A DNA stretch of 64,000 nt, taken from Oikopleura dioica (Eukaryota; Animalia; Chordata). Shown here in pieces: positions 12,836 to 24,225 of this stretch. Every line of letters begins with the position of its first letter. Position 1 is the stretch's first letter. A program made the position numbers and the translations under genes. The stretch lies in assembly GCA_907165135.1 (NCBI GenBank), contig OU015567.1:5022001-5086000 (forward strand). Direction: 5' to 3'. Below the pieces are notes generated by a model. That model did not search any database and was not told the origin of the DNA. It was given only the letters and a program-made list of their open reading frames with translations.

Positions 12836-13397
12836 CAGTGAAACCCCAACTTAAGGCCACTTTTTGGATGACAGCTAATTTGAAAAGTGGCCTTAAGTTG
12901 GGTGATTCTCCAACTAAGTTGGATGACGCTAAAATTTTTCTATTTCTGGAGCAAGGGACTGAATCTGGCCTCGGAATCCTGTACACAGGAACAGGGATTT
13001 TTTTTGGCCCATCTGGAAACAGGACAGGATAAAAAACACAGGAACAGGTCCTGTTTTACGGGTTTCACAGGCTTTGCAGGCCTGTAAACTCAAATTTCAC
13101 GGTTTTAATTTTTCCTTGATGAATCAAAATTTAGAATTTTTTTCTCGTTATTATCATGTCTACAGACAGTTTCAACTATAAAAGTTTCTTTATAACATAT
13201 ATGAAAGAAATTCCAAGAAAATTTTTACGAAAAATATCTTATCTTCCCCATTTCTCGCCTGTTTTCCTGCGATTTACTTACTGTGAATAAAAATGGAAAA
13301 AAGTGGCCTTAAGTTGGATTTTTTTCGGATGACAGATTTTGGGTTTTTTTCAAAAAAGTGGCCTTAAGTTGCTGGGCCTTAAGTTGGGGTTTCACTG
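12836..13397. mobile_element. Tc1/mariner-type MITE (TA TSD)
   Basis: TA|cagtgaaaccccaacttaaggcc ... ggccttaagttggggtttcactg|TA. Repeated subterminal gtggccttaagttg. Confidence 0.85.
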
Positions 13398-13468
13398 TAT
13401 ATTTTTCTGAGTCTTAGAGAGTATCAGATTGAACTAAAATCAATTTTTCCTTACCATTTTTTCATAGA

Positions 13469-15474
13469 ATGCCGAATCGTCTTCTTGTTAGTGAGATTCA
13501 ATTTTGATTACAACTCTTCATTATGTAAAAAATCTTATTTTTCAGTTGACAGTTGGTCTTGGAATTCTTGCTTTTGGAGCTGTTGTGTCGACGATATTAA
13601 CTCCCATTCTTCTGAGAAAAAATACCGACGAGAAAACATCATCATCAACGACGACAACAACGACGAGGACGACGACAACAACAACAAGTTTGATCATTTC
13701 CTGCGACCCGAATCCTTGCGAGAACGGCGGTTCTTGCGACGAAATTGGTGAATCAATCATTTGTTCTTGTCAAGAAGGCTTTTTTGGTCAACTTTGTGAG
13801 CTTTCCCCCTGCTCAAACAGTCCCTGTCAGAATGGTGGATCATGCACGATTTCCGGAAGCAGTTATATCTGTTCATGCAAAGATGGTTTTTTAGGAGACA
13901 AATGCGAGATAACTCCTTGCACAAACGATCCATGTCAGAATGGCGGAACCTGCTCGTTTTCAGGAAACATGTATCAATGCTCATGTAAAGATGGTTTCTC
14001 TGGAGTCCAATGCCAGATAACTCCTTGCTCAGAAAACCCGTGTGATCATGGAACCTGTGAGATTGTTGGAGGCGACTTTGATTGCAACTGCGAAGGAGGA
14101 TACTCCGGGAAGTTGTGCGAGATTGACCCTTGCTCATCGAACATTTGTCAAAATGGTGGAACATGCAGCTTCGATGAAACTGATGGGTACAGTTGCTCCT
14201 GCAAAGAAAACTTTCTCGGCGACCATTGCGAGATTAATCAGTGCACCGACAATCCATGCGCAAATGGTGGAAAATGCATCTTGGTAGAACCAGATTTTGA
14301 GTTCTTATGCAAATGCCCCCGTGGTTTTTTTGGAGAGACATGTGAAGAGAGCATTTGCGACGCTGATCCTTGTGAGTACGGAACATGTACGGTAGCTGAT
14401 CGGAACAAGACAATTTCTCTACGAGGGCCTTCATTTTCCTGTGAGTGCCCAACTGATATGTTCGGAGGCCATTTGTGTCAAATTACACCATGCGAGATCA
14501 ATGATAATGACCAAAGTAAACCTCCGGCTTGCTACAACGACGGAGTATGTTCAATGGAAGGAGACGACTTCAAATGCCAATGTCCCGAATTTCACTCTGG
14601 GGATCGCTGTGAATTTCATCCGTGCATGGACATTCCTTGCCAAAACGGTGGTGTATGCGAAATCACTGGAGAAAACATTTACACCTGTAATTGCCCAGAA
14701 GGGGTTACAGGTGAACACTGTGAAGAACTACCTGAAACGACGAATCGCTGTTTTGATCTCGACTGCGATGGCGTGTGCATTGAAATGGAAGACGGGCCGA
14801 AATGCTTTGGAAAATCGATTGTTGGATTTATTAACAATAATAATCAAGAGGTTTGATGGTCACTGATACCTATGAATAAATATGAAAATAAGTATACGAT
14901 GACTTGTGGGGCATCTGACTCTCCAACAATGAACACGACGCCAGAACTAGAAATTCATCATCTTGAAATCGTTCCCACTTTCAAGAAGAACGAATACTTT
15001 ATCAATACTCACGGTTGTGGCAACACCGGAAATTGTAGAGCAAGCTTCCCAGAAGGAAAGGTTATAGATTCTTATCTTTAGAAGCATTAAATTATTCTTG
15101 GTAAAATAATACACAACCCTCAAAAGATCAATTACCAAAAGGTGGATTGGTGCTGCATAAGGAGAAAGGAAGATTTGGATTTTTGCAAACATGGCTTCTC
15201 ACTGAGCACTGTGATGGGCAAAACGACAAGGTTCGATTCAAATTTATTCATATTCTTTTGAAGTTTTTCTAAGGAAAGCGACTGCTTTTGGACTATCAAA
15301 GATAACAAGGGGCTTGATTTTGGTGGGATTTGGGTATTTTACGTTTTTTATACAAATTTTTTAGCTTGGAGAGCAAATGAAACTTTTATTAAGCCGATTG
15401 AATTTGTTCCATTTGTCGAAGATGATGATCGCTTCAGATGGACTCTTATCTCAAACGCAACCGATTTTCCATGA
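13469..15474 (+). CDS. Type II membrane protein, about 9 Notch-like EGF repeats plus C-terminal globular domain (paralog 1)
   Basis: MPNRLL|LTVGLGILAFGAVVSTILTPILL anchor, Thr-rich stalk, C-x3-PC-x-NGG-x-C repeats, then 4 short introns to ...RFRWTLISNATDFP*. Confidence 0.85.
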
Positions 15475-15763
15475 AATAACTCGCACTTTTTATTTCTCGA
15501 ATAAACGTGCCAAACAGTCTCAATTGATATCATATCCAGGTTATGTCACAAAATGTAATTCTGCTTACTTGTTAAAAAAAAATGATGGACGAATAAGTAT
15601 CAACTGATTTCTTTCAAAACTCTGTCATTAAAGGTCGATAGCTTTTATTATCAAAAGTTCATTGAACGAACTTCAGTCAAATTTCGATAGTGATGTCGAA
15701 TTTGTTTTGCTTGTCATCTGAAATCTTCATAAAAGGAAGAGGAACTTTAGTTTTGCCGAGAAA

Positions 15764-17724
15764 ATGAGAGACAACAGTAGAGTTATGGTAAAAAAGCGTT
15801 TAAAAATATTCCCTAAAAATATTTTTGTAGCTTCGAAGCGCTTTTGCGAGCATTGTTATCATTGGTCTCGTGTTTACCATTGGAATACCGATTCTTTATG
15901 GTAAATTTGCAGACAAGAGCGATACTTCAGCAAATCAACCATCATTAGATCAATCAACACAGCTCTCAACTTGGGTTCAAAATTCAATTATTTCATTGAC
16001 AATAAAAGGCCTAAATAATTCAACCCTTGAAAGCAAACTCACCAATAAATCCGTGTTCAAACAGTCCCTGTCAAAATGACGGATCTTGCACGATTTCCGG
16101 AAGCAGTTATACCTGTTCATGCATAGATGGTTTCTCCGGAGACGATTGCCAGATAACTCCCTGCACAAACGATCCGTGTCAGAATGGCGGAACCTGCTCG
16201 TTTTCAGGAAACAACCATCAATGCTCATGTAAAGATGGTTTCTCCGGAGATTCTTGCCAGATAACTCCTTGCTCTGAGGATCCATGTGATCATGGGTCCT
16301 GTGAGATTGATGGAGGAGAGTTTTTGTGCAACTGCGAAGGGGGTTTTTCTGGAAAACACTGCGAGATCGACCCCTGTTCTTCGAATATTTGCCAGAATGG
16401 TGGAACCTGCTTTTTCAATGAAACTGATGACTCATACTTTTGCTCCTGCAGAGAAAATTTTGCCGGGGTTCATTGCGAGATCGATCAGTGTTCTGACAAT
16501 CCATGCCAAAACGGTGGAAAATGCATTTTAATCGGAACTGATCTCGAATTTAAATGCAAATGCCCGCGCGGTTTCTCTGGAGAGACATGCGAAGACAGCG
16601 TTTGCGACTCTGATCCTTGCGAATACGGAGAATGTACGGTAAATGACCGGAACAAGACGAGTTCTCTCAGAGGACCAGCATTTTCTTGTGAATGCCCAAC
16701 TGATATGTTCGGAGGCCATTTGTGTCAAATAACACCATGCGAAATCAACGAAAGCGACCAAAGTAAACCTCCAGCATGCTTCAATGATGGAGTTTGCTCA
16801 ATGGACGGAGACGACTTCACATGCGAATGTCCCCAGTTCTACTCCGGCGAACGCTGTGAGATTTACCCTTGCATGGACTTTCCTTGTGAAAACGGTGGTG
16901 CTTGCGAAGTCACTGGGGAAGACAGCTTTACTTGTCACTGCCCTGATGACGTTACTGGGGTGTTTTGTGAAGGGCTACCTGGAATAACGAACGGTTGTTT
17001 TGAACTTGACTGCGATGGCGTCTGTGTTGAGATGACAGATGGACCAAAATGCTTTGGAAACTCACTGTTTGGATTTATTAACAATAATGATTATGAGGTT
17101 TGATGATTTTCGCAATCTTTGAATAAGTTTGAAAAAGTACTCGATGACTTGTGGAGCTTCTCATGCTCCAACAATGAACGCGACGCCGGAACAAGAAATT
17201 CATCATCTCGAAATCGTTCCCACCTTCAAAAAGAACGAATACTTTATCAACACTCATGGGTGTGGTAACACGGGAAATTGCAGAGCTAGCTTCCCAGAAG
17301 GAAAGAGTTTTCAGAGGAAAAACTGATATTCCGTTAACGTAAAAATAACTCTGAAAAGATGAACTACCCAGAGGTGGATGGGTATTGCATCAGGAAATGG
17401 GCAGATTCGGATTTTTGCAAACATGGCTTCTCACTGAGCATTGTGATGGGAACAAAAGAAAGGTTCAATGTAGATTTATGCTTATTCTTTTGAAGTTCAA
17501 AAGTTTTGAACGGTTTTTAAAGGAGAACGACTGCTTTTGGACAATCAAAGATAACAAAGGGCTCAATTTGGGTAAGCTCAAATTTATGCTTTTTTACAAT
17601 TTCTTTAGCTTGGAGAGCAAAAGAAGTTCTTATTCAGCCGATTGAATTGGTTCCATTTGTCGAAGATGATGAACGCTTCAGATGGACTCTTATCTCAAAT
17701 GCAACCGTGCAACCCATGAAATAA
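15764..17724 (+). CDS. Type II membrane EGF-repeat protein (paralog 2)
   Basis: MRDNSRVM|LRSAFASIVIIGLVFTIGIPILY anchor. EGF array and C-terminal exons are collinear with paralog 1, with mainly synonymous differences. Confidence 0.85.
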
Positions 17725-18481
17725 CTATTCCAATACATGAAAATAGATTGCGATTGAATAAACACAAATCATTGAAAAACGAGTTTTTAGACGTCTATTT
17801 TGAATCTGATGACTGCTTCTTTTGACTATTTTCTTCGACTTTGCTCTCTTCATTTTTCGTCAATAAAATGTCGAGCCTCTCTTTTACATCTGAAATATTT
17901 TTGATTCAAGAGAAATAAGGAAGTTAATAACCTAAAATCATCATAAATGGCATTTCTCTCTTTTCTTTTTGAACTAAAAATCTGACTTGAAATGAAGCCA
18001 AGACAACAAGTGTAAATCTAGAATGCTCAAGAGCAGCTGACGAAAACTTTGAACTTGAAAAACAGTCGCGAAATTGGTTCGTCTTCGCCGGCAGGAGGCA
18101 TTTTTACTATTTTCACGCCCAGTTTTTTGAGTTCAAAATCAATGAAACAGCAAGAAATAGCAAGAAAAATGACTTTTTTCAACTTTCGGAGAACAAACCT
18201 AAAAAGATACTGTACTCTTCAAATCGTCTTATCCAAATCTTCTCCTTTGGAAAGCTTTTAGCGGAGTAAAACAGCATCGCTAATGAGCAAATGCAATTAA
18301 AGTCCACTTGATCCCTTGAGAAGATAATTAAAACACAGTTGAGCGGCAGCCGCGGCGGCTGATTCCACCCTAAAGCAGCTCAGCCAGAAATGCTTACTAT
18401 TCTCGCTAATCGAGCCGTTTTTCGGCTATAAAAGTAGAAATAAGAAGAGCTTCTCCCTCATTGTGAGATTCGATTTAAAAA

Positions 18482-19280
18482 ATGAAATTTTTGCTTTGCG
18501 CTCTTTTAGCTGGTGTTTTTGCTTCGCCAAAATCGACACGAGCACAGTTTGATTTTCTTGAGGCAAGTTTATTTCAAAACCTGAGTCAGGATTCCTGGCC
18601 TGAGTCAGGATTCCTGACCTAAGTCAGGATTCCCGGCCTGAGTCAGGATTCCTAGCCTGAGTCAGATTTCCCGGCCTGAGTCAGGTTTCCCGGCCTGAGT
18701 CAGGATTCCTAACCTGAGTCAGGATTCCAAGCCTGAGTCAGGTTTCCCGACCTGAGTCAGGATTCCTAACCTGAGTCAGGATTCCAAGCCTGAGTCAGGT
18801 TTCCCGACCTGAGTCAGGATTCCTTACCATAGTCAGGATTCTCGAAAGTCTTCATGAAGGCTCTTCGATCAGATCTTTTGGGATCCTCACTCAGGTTTTT
18901 TTTTTTTTACTAAATGGCTGGAAAATGACTGTTTTTTTTTCAGGAAAATCCGATGTTGAAAGACGCGCTCCAGGGCGGCGGCGGCAACTGGCTGAAGATG
19001 CAGCAGCTGATCAACGAGCTGAACGACATCTACGGACTAAGCCCCAAAGCTGAGTATGTAACTCGAGCACCAGTCACAGCCAGAGGCTTGGGTCATTTTC
19101 CTCTCCCCAGTAGCTCTTTTTTCCGTTTTTAACCCAAAAGTAGACAGCGTAGCTTTTGAAAGAGCGGCGAAACAAGAGTGCCACTGCGCCGGTCGGTTAC
19201 ATACTCCGGACTCAGGAAAGCGCGCCTTCATGCCTCTCTACCTGCCCAACGAAGATCTCATGCCAGTCACCTACGCCTAG
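18482..19280 (+). CDS. Small secreted prohormone-like protein (3 exons, about 121 aa)
   Basis: TATAAAA at about 18427. Exons 18482-18562 (GC donor), 18944-19091 and 19144-19280 splice in frame. Signal peptide MKFLLCALLAGVFA and a GKR site. Confidence 0.7.
18580..18840. repeat. Tandem array of about 14 x 19-bp units CCTGAGTCAGGATTCCnnn
   Basis: Direct reading. It lies in intron 1 of the 18482 gene. Confidence 0.95.
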
Positions 19281-20147
19281 AAAGAAGCTGCTTTCTGAAA
19301 TGATTTCTTATTTTTTTAATTTTCTTTACTTTTTTTCTGCTCATAAACGATTTCCACAAATCACTTTGTTCTGACTCATTTTCAATAACCAATAAGATTG
19401 CTGTATTTGACCATCGGCCAATCAAAACCCTGATCGATAAAATCAACTTCCATCTTTGATTCTGCCCGATTTCTGAGGAAATTTTCGAGCTTAAACTTCT
19501 TTTTTGATACAAAAGATGAGGCTTACTCAAAATTTTATAACCTCGAACATCGAAGTTTCTCGATTTCTTACCAAGATACCGTTTTAAATTGCTTTTGATA
19601 AAGTGATAAACAAAGAAGATCAATCAGTAAATTCGGCTCGTGATTCCACTAATTTTGCCTCTAATAAGAACTTTGACATCTATACCAATTCGTAAATAGC
19701 CCATTAAAATCAGGGAGGATGCTTTTGGAAATCAAGCCGAGTTCACCAACTTGGAAAATATTCAACTTGCAGTTTTAATTTGATAATACCAGTAAAACCA
19801 TCAAAGGCAAACAATTAGAATGAGAAGAAAGTTGTCTTTTGGTTCAAGAAAGGGATAATCGAATGATTGGCTTGTTATAAAAGATGTTATAAAATACTTA
19901 AACTTTAATTTTAAACAAATTGGTGGACCATAAATTTAACATTTCTTTCAAGTATTATAAGTGGAGAGGCCTTCGTTAAAAGAACAATTTAAGTTTCACC
20001 TGACAATTTGACAAAGCAACGAGCCATAAAAACAATTATTGGTGGCGTTCTTGTCACCAAAATCCACATAAAGACGGCCAGTGTTCGAAAATCAACCGAA
20101 ACAGAGCTGAAACAACTCAGATCTAAAAAACAAAACTCATCTCAAAA

Positions 20148-20393
20148 ATGAATCTTTCCAGCTTCTTCTGCGTCTTTGGCCAAATTGCTGCGGACTTGAT
20201 CGGGCAAAACCGACTTGGAAACAATCTTCAAGCCAGAAACACCGTCAAATTCAACAGCCAGCAACTCGAAGCGGATTACATTCGATTTCTTCTCAGTCAC
20301 CAAGATACCTTTGCAATGATGACAAGACGACCCAACAAACCTGCTTCTCGAAATAACCGAATGAGTTTCTACCGCGCTAGAATGCTCGCTTGA
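20148..20393 (+). CDS. Small intronless, probably secreted basic protein (81 aa)
   Basis: AAAATG context after an A/C-rich leader, hydrophobic N-terminus, AATAAA downstream at about 20452. Confidence 0.55.
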   Translation: MNLSSFFCVFGQIAADLIGQNRLGNNLQARNTVKFNSQQLEADYIRFLLSHQDTFAMMTRRPNKPASRNNRMSFYRARMLA

Positions 20394-20490
20394 ATTTGAT
20401 TATTCGCTTGTGTCTATTTTTGCCTGTTCTTAGTTCATATATTCTTTTTTTAATAAAAAAAAGAACTTTTGCTCAAAAATGTAGGAAAAA

Positions 20491-20612
20491 ACTGAATTGT
20501 GCCGCCCTGTGTCGGCCCGTCCCGGCGGGTCCGAAGATATTGGTGGACGACCCCATCTCCCTGGGTTCCAGACCCCGGCGGCCCTGGGCGGCACACGGCG
20601 GCACAATTCAGT
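20491..20612. mobile_element. GC-rich hairpin MITE
   Basis: actgaattgtgccgcc / ggcggcacaattcagt inverted ends. A half copy lies at about 11820-11850. Confidence 0.75.
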
Positions 20613-21074
20613 ACCCCAAAAAATATTTTGTTTCTTTAAATAATTCTTCACGCTTAAAAAAACCCCGATCATTTTATTGATCAAAATACATAAGCAATTA
20701 AATAATTAATAGGAACATGTCGTCTTGTTCGAAAATTATCGTTTTAAATAGAAGGCAAATTTATTTAAAGACCCATTTGTATAAATTTGAGCAATTTTTA
20801 CCAACGATTAAAAGATTCTTTATTTAGAAAAACGATCATTTGATTGATTCACTAATTAAAGCGCGTCGACATTGCATCTAAAAATTATTTGTAGAGACGA
20901 TGAGCCAGTGCACCGCGGAGGTGCTCAGCGGGTGCTTATCAAGAAGCGCGCTGGTCCAATTATATCAGACAACTTGCCTTAGGATTTTTTGCTCTGACTC
21001 ACGAGTTGGCACCACCAAAAATCAGTCGAATCACAAAAATCGAGAGAAAGCTTGAAAAATTAGCGATTACGATT

Positions 21075-22721
21075 ATGCGATTGGACGCTGCTCTATTCAA
21101 TTTATTATGGTAAGTCGAGATAAAAAAAAATGAACGAAAGAATCTCGATTCGGAAAAATTTCTTTATTGAAAATTCCAGCGTGGAAGCAACTGTAATTTG
21201 TCGCTTTGGTCGATGCTCAAACAACGCTGCTCCAGTGTCTCGAATGCCCAATTTTGTCGACAAAAACAGAGCTTTGTCGAACTCAGCAACAAACTTCAAA
21301 GCCCAGCCTTCGATCTACGATAGTGGGTCTAGTGGAGGCTATAATTTTATGCAAGCAGCTCAAGGGGCGTCAGGGAGATATGGCAACCCAAGCTTTTCTT
21401 CTGGAAGAATGGGGAATCAGCAGCAAGCTTATGGAGGAGGATACGGAAGAGGATATCAAGGACAATATGGTCAGATAAATCAGATGGACTATGGAATGAG
21501 TCAAATTTCTTACCCAAAAGCTGCATCAAATTATGCCGGGTCCGCAAAAAGTCCCCCCAAATTACCAGTCTTTCCTGGCTTATCCAGGTAAATCGACTTT
21601 AAATGACCATCGAACCAGTTTTTTCTAGCAATTCGAATCTCGGAACAATGATGAAAGCAATAGCAACAACCGCATCATCATCAACAACAACGACAACAAC
21701 TCCCGCTCCAGCTACAACAAAGTCTTCCTCCATCGATTTCAACGCTCCCAACTACCCAGATTCTTCGACCGGATCAGATTTTCAGGATCAAATGATGCAG
21801 TACATGCAAGCGATGCAACAATACATGCAATATTACAATCCTCAAATGCAGTTTCCTCAACAAAATCAGTCTCCTACCAATCAAATGGCTCAAAACAGAC
21901 CGACAAGCCAATCAAATCCTTATGGAATTGCTCCCAGAGTCGGCGGGGGGTCAAAAGGACCAACAAATATTCAGCAAATCAGGTCTCGAACAAAGCTTTT
22001 TCAGCCAATAAAAAATAAAATAGGGCGCAAGCAAAGAAAATGCAGCAAATGAAGCGACCAACTCGACCTCCAACGACCACAACTCCAGCTCCAACTGAGA
22101 AAACTTATGCTGACTGGGATTGTGGCCGCGATCATGCCGGAATTCTCTGGTGCGCTGGAGAGCGAATTTACGAAAAGAAAGAAAAACCTAAAAAGTAAGC
22201 TTCTCTTTTTCCGTCTTTTCACAAATTTTCCAGAAAAGCGCCAAAGAAAGTCGACAGCTCGGGTCGAGTAATTCTGTCAAAATTCGCCAAAACTGCTTCA
22301 TCCGTAAAACCCGCCGCGAAAAAACCCTGGAATGCGCCAAGACCAAACCTTGGTATCAAAAAATCACCGATCAAAACAAAATCGACCGGGGGTATCTTTG
22401 AAAAAGGCGGGCCAATACCAGCGGGAATCAAGACCATTCCGATTTTGTCGAATCAAAAGTCGGATATGTGCAGAAATCAAGGAGGATGGGGAGAGCCCTG
22501 CAGGTTAGTCGAATTTTTTTTTGCAGAAAAAAGGACCGTTCAGTTTTGACATGACAGTCGGTGACGCCTGCGATGAAAAGCAATTTTGGTCGGACAATGG
22601 ATACACTCGTTATATTGTGAAATGCGTTCGATCAAAAAAACGACCCGGTTTTTCTGTACGACTCAAAATGGTGATGACCTGCGAATGGGGCAACTGCAGA
22701 AATGGCGGTGGCTCTGGATGA
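21075..22721 (+). CDS. Secreted low-complexity (G/Q/Y/M/T-rich) protein with Cys-rich C-terminus
   Basis: MRLDAALFNLL|..VEATVICRFGRC, GYQGQYGQ and QMMQYMQAMQQYMQ tracts, Thr run, C-terminal CDEKQFW...CEWGNC. Confidence 0.65.
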
Positions 22722-22940
22722 TTTGCGAACAGCAGCGAATTTCTTCCAAACTCCTTACTTTTCCCATTTCCATGCAAATAAATTTGAAAAGAGATATTTC
22801 ATCGCTTCGATGGTTTTTTGAAACGAAAGGCGCACCTTTTTCATTATTATCTATCTTTCGATTGAACAGCTTTGTTGAACAAAAAATAAAAATCTGGACC
22901 TTTTTGATGGAAGAAAACTCATTCTAAGAAACGTTCAAAA

Positions 22941-24207
22941 ATGGCAAAGCTTTATCGTTTTTTCGCTATTTTTTCCATGAGTCGAGCAAGAGGCGATTTT
23001 GGTTTCGCTGCATCTTTTGATGGAAGTCCCGAGAGCTTTACGGAATCTGCAATTATCGACGAAAATGCTCTTGGACTGAGCGATAGAGTTTCTTTTCCAG
23101 ATTTTATTCTAGAAGATTCTACGATCGCGTCAATCTTCGATTTTGAGAGTCCCGATTCCGGGGGATTTTCCGATGCTGGAGTGAGAGGATCACTTGCTGG
23201 TTCCGTTGGACTCTCGAATAAGATTCCCGAGAAGGTCATCCCCGCCAAGGAAAAACCTGAGAAAAAGGTTCCGAATAAAGTGACTCCAACGAAAGTTGTT
23301 CCTGAAAAAGACAACCCGGTAGCGAGTAGCGAGAAACCAATTTTCGCGATTCCAACTATCGATGAACTCTGGGTGAGTTCTCCGGCTCCTACATCAACTT
23401 CTTCATCATCAAGTATTTTGACCATGTTTCATATTTTATCATAATTAAGCGACGAGATTACAATCAACAACAACTGGAGGCACAACTAGAATGCTTACAC
23501 TTTCAAAGTCTCAAAAGTCATCAATGCCTCCAACAACAAAGATGCCATCGTCCTTCACTCAACTAACTGTTGCTGAAGAGAATGACTCCGTTGAAAAAAT
23601 AAATCCTGAGACAACTGAATTTTCGACTTCGATAATTGTTGATCTGAAAATTGAGTGGAACGCTGATCTTGCTGACAAAGAATCAGAAGCATTTATAAAA
23701 GAAAAAGCTCAGATTTTGAAGGCCTTCGAGATCAGCGGCCGACGAGGTTAGAAAAAAAGTAGAGCTGACGAAATAACTGTATTAAGAATCACCCATCCAA
23801 ATCGACAAAGTTCTGGTCAAAGCAATCGAGCCAAATGCTTTCAAGGAAAGGATTACTCTGATGCTGTCTAATTATTTAAACCTTAACAACAGAAAGTTAA
23901 CAAAAGAAAATGAATCCTAATAAAGTTTGACGAACTTCAGATTAATCGTTTCCGATCTGGACTTGACCGTCCGTCAGCCCGCGCTCATTTGTTTATTTCT
24001 GGCACCATGAATAACAGCTCACTTGATCTGGAAAAGGTCTTTCTACGGTATTCAAAAAATGACTGAGTAAATTTAAAGGTGGAAGAATATGCGAGGCAAG
24101 TCATTTCAACAAGAGCCGATTATTTCGACGAGCTCACTGCCGCTGGAAGAACATTTCGTTTCTCACCGGCCATGTCCATGGCTCTCCTGCTCATTTTATT
24201 TACATAA
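22941..24207 (+). CDS. Mucin-like SEA-domain protein, probably GPI-anchored
   Basis: Signal-like N-terminus, P/K/T/S-rich stalk, SEA-like FSTSIIVDLKIEWNADLADKESEAF, hydrophobic tail SPAMSMALLLILFT*. Confidence 0.65.
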
Positions 24208-24225
24208 TTACAAGTAAACAAGGAT

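Noticed and set aside
12360-13457. Possible minus-strand gene head-to-head with EGF paralog 1 (ATG|gtaag at 13457)
   Set aside because: I could not build a consistent spliced frame. The motif may just be the plus-strand acceptor region.
14851-14892. In-frame TGA after the EGF arrays in both paralogs, suggesting readthrough or selenocysteine
   Set aside because: It lies within a short GT-AG intron (GAG|gtttga...aag|TAT).
18580-18840. Palindromic repeat array resembling CRISPR
   Set aside because: The units are contiguous with no unique spacers, there are no cas genes, and the context is a eukaryotic intron.
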